A DNA stretch of 64,000 nt from Harriotta raleighana (lineage: Eukaryota). The stretch spans positions 5,470,617 to 5,534,616 of the forward strand of contig JBNZDD010013699.1 in assembly GCA_050575255.1 (NCBI GenBank), read 5' to 3'. The notes beneath the pieces were generated by a model. That model was not told the origin of the DNA, made no database searches, and was given only the letters and a program-made list of their open reading frames with translations. The position numbers and the translations under genes are program-made. This document shows positions 12,296 through 26,104 of the stretch, one piece after another. The stretch's first letter is position 1; each line of letters starts with the position of its first letter.

Positions 12296-14239
12296 AGATT
12301 TTTCTCCTTTTTTGGAAATTAAAAACTACAATTGTTTTCTTTCCATTTAAGAGAATTAGTCCCAGACAGTAAGTTCTTTGAAACTATATGTATGTTCATT
12401 TACTGATATGCAACTGAGACAGAGTCTGAAATTATTCATCTAATTTGATGTTTGTCTCTGCAGTTTGCCCTTGGACAAATGCGTCTTTGTTAACTGTTCA
12501 TATATCCAAGCATATCTACAGCAAAGCTTTACATTTTACATGTCTAACATGTTTCTGTCTAAGGGATGACTTTTCCATAATGAGATAGTATCTTTGTTGC
12601 TGAAAGTTATTTTAATTTTTTTTAAGTTTCCAATAATCAAATAAACACATACTGTAATTCATTATTTTCATTTCCCAGTTCCACCATAAACCTAAAGGAA
12701 TAAAAATAAATTCAGTTGTAGAAGACAGTGTTTCACAGTACTGAAAATGCCATCTTTCATTTACAGACTCATAAAAACAGCGCTGTAGAATTTAGATAGA
12801 TTGCTTAGTTATGTAAAAAAAAACCTCAAAAAACCTTCGGAGGCTGGTTGGTGTCCATTATACAAGAATTGCTTGCATTCTAAAAAATCACAGGTTAGAA
12901 TATTGTTCTGTGCTGACTTAAACTCTTGTGTTCCCCATTGCGTTGTACCTCAGAATAGATCCCTTCCTGCCACCTTCTTCAGAATTGCATCATGTTGGTC
13001 TATAATTGAGTGAGTCTCAAAGCCATATGAAATGTCCACCTCTCAAACCATTTTACTTTACCAGATTAACAAAAAAAGGCAAAGCAGCAGCTGGAGACAG
13101 CCATCGGGCATTTACAAAGAGACAAAATGTGGGATTAATATTTAAAAAGCAAAAAGAATTTTTGAAAGTAGTTTTAAGAGACAAACAGCAAGGAATAAAG
13201 TATTCAAATCCCCCTTACATACCAAGCATGCTAATAAAAAGACCTGATCATACTCATCAATACTGTGTGATAATCACAGAATGCATGCTCTCTGCATAAA
13301 GATGGGGGGGGGGAAAGTTTTTTTTTATCAATCTATTCAGCTTGCAAAAGGTTAAATTCTATTACATTGAAAGATTTTCTTACACGCTGAGTTGATCTCC
13401 ATTACATTTTGCCAACTTTTCTCATGGTACTCTATAAATTCCAACCATTTAAGAAACTGAAAGGCGTTTTCAGCAAAATTGCCAGATATATCTGGCATTG
13501 ACTTCTTTTAATTAAAAAAACTTTTGTAAAAATTCACATGCTCTGTAAGTCAACACCTCTCGATAAAGTCAAACAGAGTAGTGGCAAACACATTCACTCT
13601 GCAGCATAGTATGCGTTAAACATCCAAAAAGATTCTCTAATTCTGCAGCTCACATTGTGGCAGCAGGGAATCTGTTTGTAAAGCAGCTGGTTATGGGACT
13701 TCATTGCAAAAAAAAATCACTGCTTAACAATTTCTTGTTTTTGCCAATCGAATGCTAATAAAAGAACAAGTTGCATGACAATCAATGACTTGATGTACTT
13801 GTGCAAGTATGTGAGAGATTAATTTCATTTTATACTCTACCCGAGTTTGAATAACAATTGAATAACCTGTGCATACAGAGAATGTGCTCAATTGCCATTA
13901 TTTGGGGACTTTTCTCAATGACACTTCTCTCAATAACAGTAAATTATAATAGGAATAATAATCCTTGCTTGATTTACTTCAAAGTATAATGACTATGGAT
14001 ATGTAGATGAACCTGGAATAAGGTTTTCTATTGTAAAGTGTTTTGATTGGATAAACAAACAAGATATCAACTCAGTGTATTGATTTTGAATTTTCCTTTA
14101 CCTTGGAATAATTCAAGACTAACTGTTTTGTAGAATGTAACCCATCAATGAGAAAATTAATTGCAACAGGCCATCTTGGCGGCACTCTAGATTTTATGGA
14201 GGCTATGGGTTAAAGATTTTGAGTTGAGGGATGTCATAC

Positions 14240-14365
14240 CAGTACAGCCATGGGGGAATGTTGTTTGAGATGTTGTCCTTTGGAGGAGGTGTTAATTCAA
14301 GTTCCTATCAAGATATATGTTAAAGATCCCATTACTGTTTCTTCCCCTGATGCCTAAATAACAGT
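14240..14365 (+). mobile_element. Old Deu-domain SINE fragment
   Basis: gtcctttggaggaggtgttaattcaag...gttaaagatcccattactg resembles the DeuSINE central domain as recalled. Confidence 0.55.
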
Positions 14366-14657
14366 TCTCTTTAAGTACAATAGAGTCCTAATAACTCATT
14401 ACTCAAAAGAGGAAGGGCTTAATGATTAATTATCTGGAGTGGCTAGATATGTATAGATGTATAGATGCTTCAGGGACCCAGTCTGGGGTGAGAGGAGGGG
14501 TGGGAGGCCACTATATGGCCCTCCAATAAACCAGAGGCCTCTGCAATGATTCTGAGTATACTCCCCCAACCTCCACCAACTGTACACACAGGATAGGGCA
14601 GAAGGCCTTTATAATGCAAGACGCCATCTTATTGGACTAGTTATCCAATCCATTTTA

Positions 14658-15270
14658 CTGGACCTCCTCGTTATCCATCGTCCCGTTATCCATTATTTCG
14701 ATTATACCATATGTCGTTTATAAAATAATCACAAAATATGGTAATTTTATGACAACCATCATTAAGTTTAGAAACAATGTGCGCAAATCATGTGCGCAAC
14801 CACTTGGTAGCGATCGGCTGTGTGGGGACGCGATGTGGTGAACGCAGCTCAGCAACCAACAGGATAATAACGAGTGGCAGTTTTACCAGAAAAAAAAAGC
14901 AATTCAGCAAACATTGGAGAGATGTTTTAAACAGCCATCCACCCCTTCATCTGAATGACTCTGCCCCCGCCACTCACTGTTACCCATTACTACATCAACC
15001 TTCTCCAATAAGTTTTCTCGTTGTTGTATTATTATTTAGTTTATATATTGGTACTTGTTAAACATTTATTTCAATTCTCAATATTTGTAGTGTTGTTTTT
15101 GCTCTTTATTTAATATTTGTGTAAGAATATTTAGACAGAAAATGTACCGAGGGAACATAACCCCTATTTATATCATTAAGTCTATGGTAATTTGGGTTTC
15201 ATTATCAGTCGTTTCAGTTAAAATCGCATTTTTCAAGAACACATCCCCAACGTTAACTGAGGAGTAGTAG
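14658..15270. mobile_element. Non-autonomous Tc1/mariner (Tigger-like) element
   Basis: TA-flanked imperfect TIRs: ta|CTGGACCTCCTCGTTA versus reverse complement ta|CTACTACTCCTCAGTTA. Subterminal ttatcc/cgtt repeats. Confidence 0.55.
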
Positions 15271-17879
15271 TACATTGTAAGTGAACACAGGAATTTCTAG
15301 AATCACATGTTAAGTAGAGTGACAAGCAAAACAGAGGCTCTTATTCACATTTTGCTTTGGAAGCAGCTACAGTAATGACAGCTTGGCTACTTAAGTGTGA
15401 TGACTAGTTAAGACAGGGTGTTGTTATCAGGAGTAAATTGTATTTGTCCCTCACTTTATGTTAATTTGCAGGATCCTGCGATGCATAAATCAGCAGCTGT
15501 ATTTATCTAACAATGTAGTCACTGTATATACTCCATGGCAATTATCTATGGAGTACATTATACCATTATAGGGGTTATACAAAATACAAAGATTATTATT
15601 CTAGATTATTATTTTGTGATGAATCCATCTGGATTAGAGCTTTGATATATATATATAGAAACTGGTTATCTATGTAAGCAAAGTGTTCAGCAAAAATGTT
15701 TCAAAACAATTAATGCATTGGCCAAAAGATTATAAGATTTTAATTACTGTAAAATCTAAGGCCTGAAATTAGCTTGTCAGATCATTTTGCCTTTGAATTT
15801 TAAGTAAACGCAGAATGACCCAATTAAGCTTTGAGTTGGAAGTTATTTTTACCACATTGCTTAAAAAAAACTTCCAAATTAAGACAGAAGTTAAGAGCTA
15901 TATATAATTCTGCACCACATTAAATTTTCAGACAAACTAGGTGGAACTAGGTGGAATTTTGGGTCTCCCGTCTTTCTAATAGTGAAGGGGTTTAACACTA
16001 CAGCAGAATCTGAGCAGCTAAAACAATTTTGATAACCCAAAATGGGTTCTGGTTAAAGAGCTAGCTAATATTAATATCCCTTGGACTTTCTAAGATTAAT
16101 TACATACAAATTCAGGTTTATGATGGACTTTGGTGCCGTGTAAAAGCTCACATTTCATGGCCATCCTTAAATACTTAAAGTAGAAACATTTTCTAGTGCC
16201 TGGACCCCTGCAAAGTCAAGGACTACCTAGGGCCAAATAAATGATTTATGCATCCCAGCGATTTGACTAAAGGATTAGCCTTACAGAATATGTATCCAGT
16301 TTTTATGCACATATAGTAACTTCGATATATGTAGCATTGTAAAAGAGTACAAATTTAAAGAAAATCAGCTCAAAAATGTGCCGTTTGTGTTGAAGAATTC
16401 TAAATATTATCACAAAGTAGTTTCAAAAGCGAATCTTCAGAAATTGTGTCTATAATTCAGATAGACTATTAGAGTACAAATACAAATATTCCACCAAGGG
16501 ACTACACTTTCTGTTTGGAGTGATGCATTAAGATGGTAAATGTGATTTTGAAACAGTTATAGAGTTTTTCTCTGTTATGAAGTTTATTTGGTGAAAAGTC
16601 AGTGATCAAACTCCTCATCATTACTGTTGCTTGGGGGTGGGGCGAAGGTGGATGGGAAATGCGATATATGATGCAATATTCATCTCTGATATTCACTTTC
16701 ATTAAAAACAATTTGATATTCTCTTATAATGTGAGTTACAGGTACAACAACATCTGCAAGATATACTGAATGCCTTCATCCTGGTGTGATCTCCCTAGAA
16801 ACATAGAAAAGCAGCAAGTCATATGCATTGGTGCGTGCTTTGTTGTGATGAGCATTTCCTTCCTAGTACGGCATCAATATTGACTGCAAAACAGATCTAT
16901 TGTGTTCAACTATTACAAATGTATGTAAAGGCTGAATATAACTTTAGACTTGGTCGTCTAAAATTGTTGGACTTTGATCATCATTGTCACAGCAGCTCTC
17001 GGATTCTGTATGTTCTGTCATGACATGGGAGAAGAGAGTTTCTCCTCCCAACAACGCACCAGATAAAAATCGGTGATTGTTGTTTTTCTTACACAAATTC
17101 AGTGAAGTGTTTTCAGATACTACCTTGAAAAACGCTAGACCAAATGTTTTATTATTAACAGACAAACCATGAAAAGATTACAATTGTCATTTGCAAATAT
17201 TGTACTGTATTGTTAGCCAGGACACCAAGAGAAATTCCCTTCTCCCATACAATGACAGAACATACAGAATTTATCAGCTGCTGTAAAAATGTTGATCGAA
17301 GTCCAACAATATTAGGTAACTGCTATTTTATAAAACTGTCATTGGCATAATTGTAAATATTCACATAATGTTTCAATATTAATTGAAATAAAGTTAAAGT
17401 TCATGATAAGGTCAACCAGCATTTACAGAATTAGAAAATATTACAAACTACATGTAAATAAACTCAGCAAATGAGAGGGTACCAGTAAAGACTGAATAAA
17501 GACTACAAGCATTTCAATGTCTGGTGTGAATAAACTTTAAGTGCCTTGTGTGCATAAAATAGCAGACTCAATGTTTTCCAGTGTTGGATAAGAAACTACA
17601 ATAACAATAACAACAACAAAATTACATTTATAGACCGTCTTTGACGTATATCTTTGTAATATTTAGACTTATACACCAAAGTGATCAAGAAAAATTGAGT
17701 TTGTGTCATGCATGGATCCTGTCCCCTTTCCATTTATTCCAAACCAGATTCTTGTGAAAGCCAACAGGCTGTCCCACATATATATATTTCTTTTGTTGTA
17801 GTGCGACTCATTGATTTAAGATGATTTGCGCCCTCTTGTTTGTGTTTCTCTAATACAGTCTTTTTAAAAAGGTGCTGCA

Positions 17880-18022
17880 CTGCAACTGTTTGTGGGACGC
17901 TGCTGTGTGCATTTTGCCCACAAATATACAGTCAACTCCCTTTTCAGTATATTCTGTGGAGCGCTTTGAGACGTCCAGAAGATGTAATAAAGTGAAATAT
18001 GAAATGCAAGGATTATTATTAT
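17880..18022 (+). mobile_element. SINE 3' half
   Basis: ctgtttgtgggacgctgctgtgtgc...ggattattattat. Confidence 0.85.
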
Positions 18023-18612
18023 AGTAGTATAATTGCAGTATTTTACTGACTGCACTTCCACTATTGTATTGAAAGTTAGAAAACCACAAGATTTTGTTAA
18101 ATTATTATTTTTTTCAACTTAGGGCTATTTCTGTTAAAAAAAATGAGTGGGAAATAAAAATACAAAATTTACCTTTTTCTTTAAGGACATTGTGAGTTTC
18201 CTGATGCTAAGGTCTTGTCTGCAGGATCAGACTGCGTGACAAGGTGAAACTTGTTTATATGAAAAAAAGTAAAGACAGAGAAATGAGAAAAATGAATTAC
18301 AAGCTCATATTTCAAATTATTCTCATCTGTTTTGAAGCAGCTACCTATTTTAAATCAGTAGATTTGTTTTATTGCTTCCTCCAAACACTGGTTTGCAGCC
18401 CGTTATTCTTTGCTCTTGAGTAGAGGAACCTTTCCCAATGAAAGGAGTTTCAGTATGGAACAGTCAGCCACAGCAATCATTGCAGGGTCTTGTTGCATTC
18501 TCGCAGTCACTTTATTCCACGTATGAAAACCATCTTATGAACTGAACTGCATCGATAGGCAAACCGGCCAGCAACATCACTCGGACAATAAAAACAGCTT
18601 TGCATCTCAGCA

Positions 18613-18740
18613 AAGTGGGTGTTAGCCTGGCTCAGTTGTTAGCCCCTGAGTCAGAAGTTTGTGGGTTCAAGCATGCTGTGTGTTTTTTAGCTTATAGTCA
18701 AGGATGACACCCCAATGCAGTGCTGGGGGAGCTTAAGGCT
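18613..18740 (+). mobile_element. Old Deu-type SINE 5' part
   Basis: cctggctcagttgttagc...ctgagtcagaagtttgtgggttcaag...gacaccccaatgcagtgctggggga. Confidence 0.6.
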
Positions 18741-20269
18741 CAACCATTGTTGGTGGGATCATTGGGACAGGGGATGGGCAGCAGACGAGAAGATTGGAAT
18801 CGGAGAAGATCACAGAGGTAGGTTGTATATCAAATGCAAGTATTATTATTCATAATAAAAAATTCCATTAGCTCCTTTGTATACATTTGAGCAAACGCAT
18901 ATATCGAGTTATTAACTATTAATAATTCCAAGTATGTACTGTTATGTGAAGAAATGCAGTGACAGATTGACGGGTCGAAGCAAGGTTATTGAGAGCAAAG
19001 CTCGAGTACTTCAATAACACCACTCAGAAAGCTAAGATGCATTACATCCTTGAAGCATAAACCTACCTGTGTTCTGCAGGGGTAGAGTTAATTTATTGCA
19101 TATTAGTTTGGGGAGGGGGTTGCCAGCAAAGAACATTGAGGTAGGTAGTCATGGGGGAGGGGGAGAGAAACCTCTGTGATTTGAACCTACATGAGTACTA
19201 TTGAGTGTTGTTTCACTGAATGCTACAGGAACAGTATCCAGTTCTCTTTATATATTCTGTGTCCAGGCTAACAGTTGAGCTGGTGTAGGTTACAAAGTGG
19301 TACCACGATCGAGCGGTTCAAGTAACACCATAAATCACTGACGTGAAGCCTAGATGGTGTGGAAGTGTCATCTGCCATCTAAAGTCTGAGATGGGATTAG
19401 GTTACATCTTGTAACTTTCTCCAAAGCTACCATTATTTCAAGTAAGATATAGCGACTGTAAATCTGTTGCACCTTTTAAGTCTGCCACTGTCTGTGAATG
19501 TGCGCCAAGGCAGTTTTCAATAGTCAGTGCCAGATGTTCTCCCCTGTGACAGGCTGACTGTGTGTAACAGGTATAATCGTTGTTAATTATATGTGGGAAG
19601 AAGGATCAGTGATACTGAATCATGCAAAGGGAGTGAAAGATTAGAGGGACACTGGGGTTTAATATGTGCTTTGGATTAACCAACATCAGCTTCTAGACAC
19701 TACATGGGGACTGCTTGTGCATGGCGTGCAAACACATTTGTACGGAAGAAATTAAAGGTCTCCTTAATTGAGTAAATAACAAGCGATGGAGAGAATTGCA
19801 GTCAATTCTGTGATAACTTACATTGGCTATTAGTTAAACAATCAAAGGCACAAACATGTATGTGTTTGCAATCCACAAATGTTGCTGTTGGGCTGTTAAC
19901 CCAAGAGGAAATTAGAGGGTCACTCAAGTTAAGTATCTTTTTATGACTTACCAAACAATTCAAAATTTACAGTTACACGGTGCCTTTGACATCCGTAATT
20001 CTGCATATTACACTCTAGAAATCTGTAGGAAGTCTTGATAGAGATATCACAAGATTACAAAACAGCTTCAGATGAAGAAGGTACTTTAACTCCATCCTTC
20101 TAGAATGTGCACCATTGCATCGTTATAACACCAAGATGCAGATGAAATATATCTAACCTCCCCTCCTGGTGCCTTGTTCCAACTGTTGTGTAAATAAATA
20201 TTTATTTTTCATGAGATCACACGAGATGTCAAGATGAAAAATATCCATCAGCCAATTGTTCTCATTCTT

Positions 20270-20690
20270 CCAGAATTCCTCGGCTACCATCCTCCCATTA
20301 GGCTCCAAGTTCTCTCACAAAATATTGTCAATTCACTTTACAGCATATTCTGTGAAGCAATTTGAGATGTCTTGAATATGAGATAAGGCATTATATCAAA
20401 TGCAAGGATTTTATTATTATGAATGGTCAATCACCTTTCCTATTAACAGGTTCCAGCCATTAATTACCCTTTGGTAAAGAAAGCTTTCTGGTGTCTGTTT
20501 TGAAATTGTCCTTTGCAACCCTAAATCTCTGTGCTGTCGCCTTTCTGTTCTGGAAGTATTGTTCTGGGTTTACATTTTGAATCCCATTTAAAATCTTATA
20601 TATAAGATCCCTTCTAAGATGAGTATTTAAAAGTTGAAGAGCCCCAGCATGTCTATCATTTATCCAGCGCAGTCTGTAACATCCTCTGGC
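20270..20690. mobile_element. SINE tail (+) followed by old CR1 fragment (-)
   Basis: SINE tail ends at about 20420, then ggttccagccattaattaccctttggtaaagaaag (antisense CR1 motif). Confidence 0.65.
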
Positions 20691-23019
20691 TTGTGAACTA
20701 TGTTGGGTGGGGTGTTTGACTGAAAGAGCTGTTGACAGGTTGTTGCTGATACATTTGCATGATTATTATCTAATTGGACATTGTCTAGCAACAGGGTCAG
20801 GGTTCAGACCTTGAATTTCATTGCTCTGACTAGAAATTTGGGATTGCAAAAAAAAAAGGTCAGACCTAATTTATATAGAGATTACTTGAGTAACCAATGA
20901 GATGGCATCTGTTGCACTTTGTATACCTTTTTTTTTGGTCATCTGAGTGTCTGAAACAATTGCAAATCCATCACCAGGCTTAAGAGTATCCAAACCAAGC
21001 TGAGAGTTCCAAACATCCCAGTTCTACGTGGAAATTCCCGAGATATATTTGAAATGGAATGCACTCTCTATCTAGAGGAAATCACACCCTGCTTAACTAA
21101 TTGAAAGAGGTTGTCAAGAGCTATGTTTTGGGAACTCCAAAGTGTGTTGAGTGTAACTGCTGGATTCTAACCTGCTAAAACCACATAGCTTGTCATTGAG
21201 AGCACTGCCTGGCAACCTTTCTTGCTGCTTGTCCAGCTAAGACTACCCTACCCATTAGGACTTCAGTTTTTGGGGTTAACAGGAACTGAGTAGGAAGATT
21301 CTCTGCCCCCAATGATTGATCCGACCCTTTAAGTCTTGCCGATGAGCCAGACTCTCCAGGCTGTCCTCAGCAGTGCCCTAAATTAAGGTTCACTCAGAAC
21401 TTTAAGCTCTTTGAGACGTCGATAAGATGTGGAAAGCACTATATAAATGTAAGGATTATTATTTATTATTATATTATTTTGTAACTTTGTCTAAAATTTG
21501 TCTTGTTTTAGAAGTTGATTTCTTTCTAACAACTGCTGAAACCCAGATTCCAAATTAAGCCTGAACTGAAGAAGTTTCCTCAATTCTGCAGAATCTTAAA
21601 TTTTCAGAGAGTTTTGCTCTTCGGTCTGCTGGGGTGCCTGGCACATTCAGAAACTCATCACCACTCTCATCCAAACAAGATGGAGTTCCATCCATGACAA
21701 AGCAAAATAGACTAAAAATATATAGGCGTAATTCCAGGCTTTCCAAGTGAGATCATGGACATAAAAGTATTTAAATGTAAGAAAGAACAACACTACTGTT
21801 GAGTGCACCAAGGCCCTATTAGTAAGCAAATCCCTGTTCCTTTGCACTACATAACCGATGTTGCAGTAGCGGTGTAATTATGCTTAAAGTGTCCGATGTT
21901 CTGAAAAACAGTGTTTGAATCACTCTCTTTTTGATTGTCTTAAGCAGTATATTGTCTACACACCAATTGTTAATGAAACAGGTAAGCAATGAGCAGATAC
22001 TGCTCATCACATGGGGATAATTTAGACATCTTCTTATCAGGTGGAATAGATAACATACCATTCGGCATTATTGGCCCTGAGAAGATACATGCAGATAAAG
22101 AACGCCTTCAATAGAATATATGATTTCAATTGACTTAGATTTTCTTCCATTTTATCCTAATTTATTTAGGGGAAAACCCCACTGGTCATATTGTGCTTGA
22201 GGTTTCGGATTCTGTAGCACACACAGAGATGAGTGCATTGTAAGAGTGGCCTCGGATCCCAGAATCTGAACACACAAGGAATTTAATTTGCTCAACTAGG
22301 TAGGTAATAGCTATCCGTTCGGTCAGGCAGAACATGTTATCTCATATTCCACCTTTCAAAGTGCAGGAGTCAGGTTTCCAGTCTAAAGCAAGTCTCATCA
22401 CACTCACAGCCCCATCCAGTAGATCTCGACTTTCGTATTAGTGCATGATTCAGCAACTATTCAATCACTCAACACAACGCAGTATCTGCAGCATCTATGT
22501 TATCATTATTCTACTGAGAACTCGATGTGAACCGTAGCTTGAAGGAAACTTGTCTGGCTGCCAGGATTTATCATATGTTTTGCAATACTATTTTATATTG
22601 ACTCCTGCTTCCCTGCACTGACCTTTCTCAATTTTACCAAATAGTCATTACTTTTGCTATCCAGGATTGATGGATTGCTACAGCTAATAACTAGGAGAGA
22701 ACAGCTTCCAAAATGCTTAATAGAGTCACCCATAACGCAGGTGAAGGAACCTTTCTAGATGGTGGGATAACTTCACTTAACACCAAACTAGAAATAAGTG
22801 AGTTTTTCATTTTTAAAAAACGAACATGTACTTTTGTGATGAACAAAAATCCAAAATCATGTACAACTGGAAAGTGGTGAACCATAATATTTTGAACAAC
22901 TGGTGCTGAGATCGATTAAGTGAGATTTATGGATGTAGTAAGAAAGATACCGCATATCGTGACAACATGATGTTTGTAATTACATGTCATTTGAGAACTG
23001 CTGATGTCTATCAGCTATA

Positions 23020-23330
23020 TTCCGGATAGAGCGAAACCTTCGGCAAGTTTCTTTCCTCCATATGCCTAATAATAATCCCTCAAAACACAATAATAAATTT
23101 GTCATTTCGGTCCAGGACTTTTTGTGGGATACACTGCTGTGCGGAGTTAGCTGTCGCGTTTCGCCCATGGGTGTATGATTAGTTCACTTTGCAGTGTATT
23201 CTGTGAAGCGATTTGAGACGTCTGGAAGAAGTGAAAGGCAACAACAACAAAATTACACTTGTATAGCGCCTTTCTCGTCAGGAGGATGTCCCAAGGCACC
23301 ATATCAAATGCAAGGTTTATTATTATTATA
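23020..23330 (+). mobile_element. SINE with an L2 tail of about 60 bp inserted in reverse orientation at about 23240-23298
   Basis: SINE stem-loop interrupted by caacaacaacaaaattacacttgtatagcgcc..., with AAGGCA on both sides. Confidence 0.8.
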
Positions 23331-24829
23331 TTCAGCAACAACAAATTCTATTTATATGCCACTCTTCATGTATAGTAATGCAGTGGGGCACTTTACAAAG
23401 ATGGGGTCGGAGAGGGGAATGATGGAAAGGAGGAGGTCCCTGTAGGTGTAGTTAGAGGCAGGTTTTCAAGGACGTAAAGTCGGATAGAGAGGGAGTAAGA
23501 CAGAGGGATCGTGGAGGGAGGGAGGGAGGGAAGGTTTTTCAGGCTTATGACTTAATTTGACACTGTTATTAACACTCAAACAACTCAAGCAATGCACACT
23601 ACTGATTTCAATCTTACTTCGGTTTGAGTAATCGCAATAGTAGTTACCAAACATAAGAGCAGAAATATGTACTTATGCCTGATGCCCTCCAAAAGCTCTC
23701 GAAAGGTTCGAGCACCACAAGATTCTCAACCTACTTTTTCATAGTTGTTAATGTCTCCTGCTTTATCGGTCTTCTAAATTTTGCGTAAACAGAGAAGTTT
23801 GCCTACAAATACATGGTCACTGCATTTCATTGTAACAAACCTGTGAAGCACTTTAAGTGCTTTGTGACACCGTACAGGGTGAAGAGCACTATAAAAATGC
23901 AAATTGCTGCTATAAAATAATAAATAATAATAATACTTAGATTTATATAGCGCTTTCCACATCTTATCGACGTCCTAAAGCGCTTTACAGAATATCTCAA
24001 GGTAGGGGCCAGAGCAGGGGGGTCCTAGTAGTGGGGATGAATAGGAAAATTGACTGTATATTTGTATATTTGTTTCAGTAATGTGATAGAATATCAAATG
24101 GAATGTAATTAATAATTATTAGTAGAATTGGGATTGTACTTCCTATTTTGAACAGTTAAGGGATTCTTCACTTGTGTATATTTTCAGCTATAAATGTAGC
24201 TACCTTCCAATTTTCAATTGTGCACCTTTTCATTTATTAAATGTGTATATCTATTATTAGATATAAGCCATATACCAGTATCACATGTGTGTTCTTGCAT
24301 CAATGTGTCTTCATTTATTACATGTTATTTATTACACTGTATTATATGTATTAAATGTATGCAGTTGCAACTACTATATGTGTGTATCTTCTATTTATGA
24401 TCTTCTATATCTTCTATCTTCTATGATCTGTCAGTCATTATTCTAACAATGTAACTGTACTTGTGAATATTACATAGATGGATCTTTCAATTATTACATA
24501 TAATTATCTATCATCACCTCTGTACCTATGAATATCATGTGTACAGTACATATAAAATTATCTGCCATGTTTGTCTATCACCATGATCACATGTGTGCAT
24601 CTTCTATAATAATTTGTGTATTTAAAAAAAATTACATGAGTGCAGTTTCCATTTATTAGTATAATAACTTACAGGCTTTTCACACAACATAAATGCCTCA
24701 ACATACTTTACAGATTTAATTAGTTAGAAATTAAGTCAATTTGTTACATACGTAAACAAAACAGCCATTTTTGAGCAACAACAATTTGTTGCATGCAAAA
24801 TCCAGGGGGATAGGGAAGGTGCAGGCTCA

Positions 24830-25120
24830 AAAAGGAAGATCTTTAGTCAGGACTCGAAGGTGGGGAAGGAGGGGATTGAGGGAGAGTTCCAGAGTTTCAG
24901 GGCATCCTGGCCTGAAGGCATAGCAACCAACAGTGGAGCGGAAGACATGAGAGACAAACAACCAAGCGGAGGCAACCAGGTGGTGAGGAAGGAGATAAGC
25001 AAGTCAAATAGGTAGGGAAGTGCAAGGACATGAGAGGATCTTGAAACTGATCTGTTTGGTAAATGGGAGCCAAAAAAGCCTGGCAAAGACTGGTGTAATG
25101 AGGCTATAGAATAATTTTAC
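24830..25120 (-). mobile_element. L2 3' fragment
   Basis: gagggagagttccagagtttcagggcat...gaggatcttgaaac (antisense LWNSLP / FKIL). Confidence 0.8.
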
Positions 25121-25884
25121 AACCAGGCCTATAATATAAACAGACTACAGAGACTCGATGCAAATAATTGCATCATGTTTGTCTCACCTCACGCAATTCT
25201 GGTATCTTCCTATAATTCAGTGAATAGTAGAAAAACTACATTTCATTAAATTAATGCACAAGATATTCATCAACTAGTTGGGGTATGCATATTGGCTATA
25301 TATACTAGGTTAACAATAGATTTTCTGTTTATGATAGGAGTTCACACTGAAATAAGTGCAAACAATGAATATTAAAATATTGTTTAATAAAGTGCAACAT
25401 TCTTTATTTAACCTTAGACTCAGAGGCTTGGGACGTCCTCCCAAAACCTGAAAGACACTCTATAAATGTAATTTTGTTGTTGTAGTAGACGATAGCAATG
25501 AGACATTCTCATGTCACATTCCATGAAGCCCTTCTATGTGGAAACAAAAATGGTGACCAATGAAAAAATTCATATACACATCATCCTCATGTTCCAGGAA
25601 TATTCTATTCAGTCTTTGGCTAAAGATTTTGCTCCCCTTTGTTGTCGCGTGATTCCCAATAGAAAGTACATATGTAAGGGTATCTGGTTAGGATTGCGTT
25701 GGAGTGCAGTGTTTTCCACACTCCAATAGTCTGCCAACATTCACATTCACTTCTCACAGATAATAAATGGCCACTCAACACAATTCTCCTGTTGAACTAT
25801 ATACAATAATACTCGACGTTGGCTTTGAACCTAAAGGAATATGGCTGTATATGAAAAGGGACACAACACTTACCTGGAGGGATA

Positions 25885-25904
25885 TGCTGCCACCTAGTGG
25901 TCCA
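25885..25904 (-). promoter_or_regulatory. CTCF motif, reverse orientation
   Basis: TGCTGCCACCTAGTGGTCCA; the reverse complement contains CCACTAGGTGGCAGCA, a near-consensus core. Confidence 0.7.
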
Positions 25905-26104
25905 CAATTAACACCAACAATAGTTATGAAATGCTGCAAACCTTACCTCAAAACACGTTAAAGAATACAGCTAATTTTACCCTATTATTATCTCAATGTT
26001 GCCATTTAACTGCTGCTTTTCATTGATCCTCAAGGTCTTTTTTTGGAGTGGCGGGGCAATGGAAATATTTTTATCTAACTCTTTTAGTTAGATAGTTAGG
26101 TCGT

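Noticed and set aside
18812-18830. let-7-like sequence GAGGTAGGTTGTATA
   Set aside because: Lacks three bases of the mature miRNA, has no hairpin, and overlaps a SINE tail.
19952-20014. 63-nt minus-strand exon encoding CNMQNYGCQRHRVTVNFELF, resembling the start of a TGF-beta mature domain
   Set aside because: No following W..W/P..Y/CxGxC exon was found, the intron position is atypical and the match is short. A tBLASTn hit would reopen it.
21945-22115. Spliced + strand peptide QYIVYTPIVNET-GGIDNIPFGIIGPEK
   Set aside because: Requires a 59-nt intron, below the usual vertebrate minimum.
25866-25905. U1 snRNA-like 5' end (ACTTACCTGG)
   Set aside because: Similarity is limited to the splice-site complement; no Sm site or remaining U1 structure.
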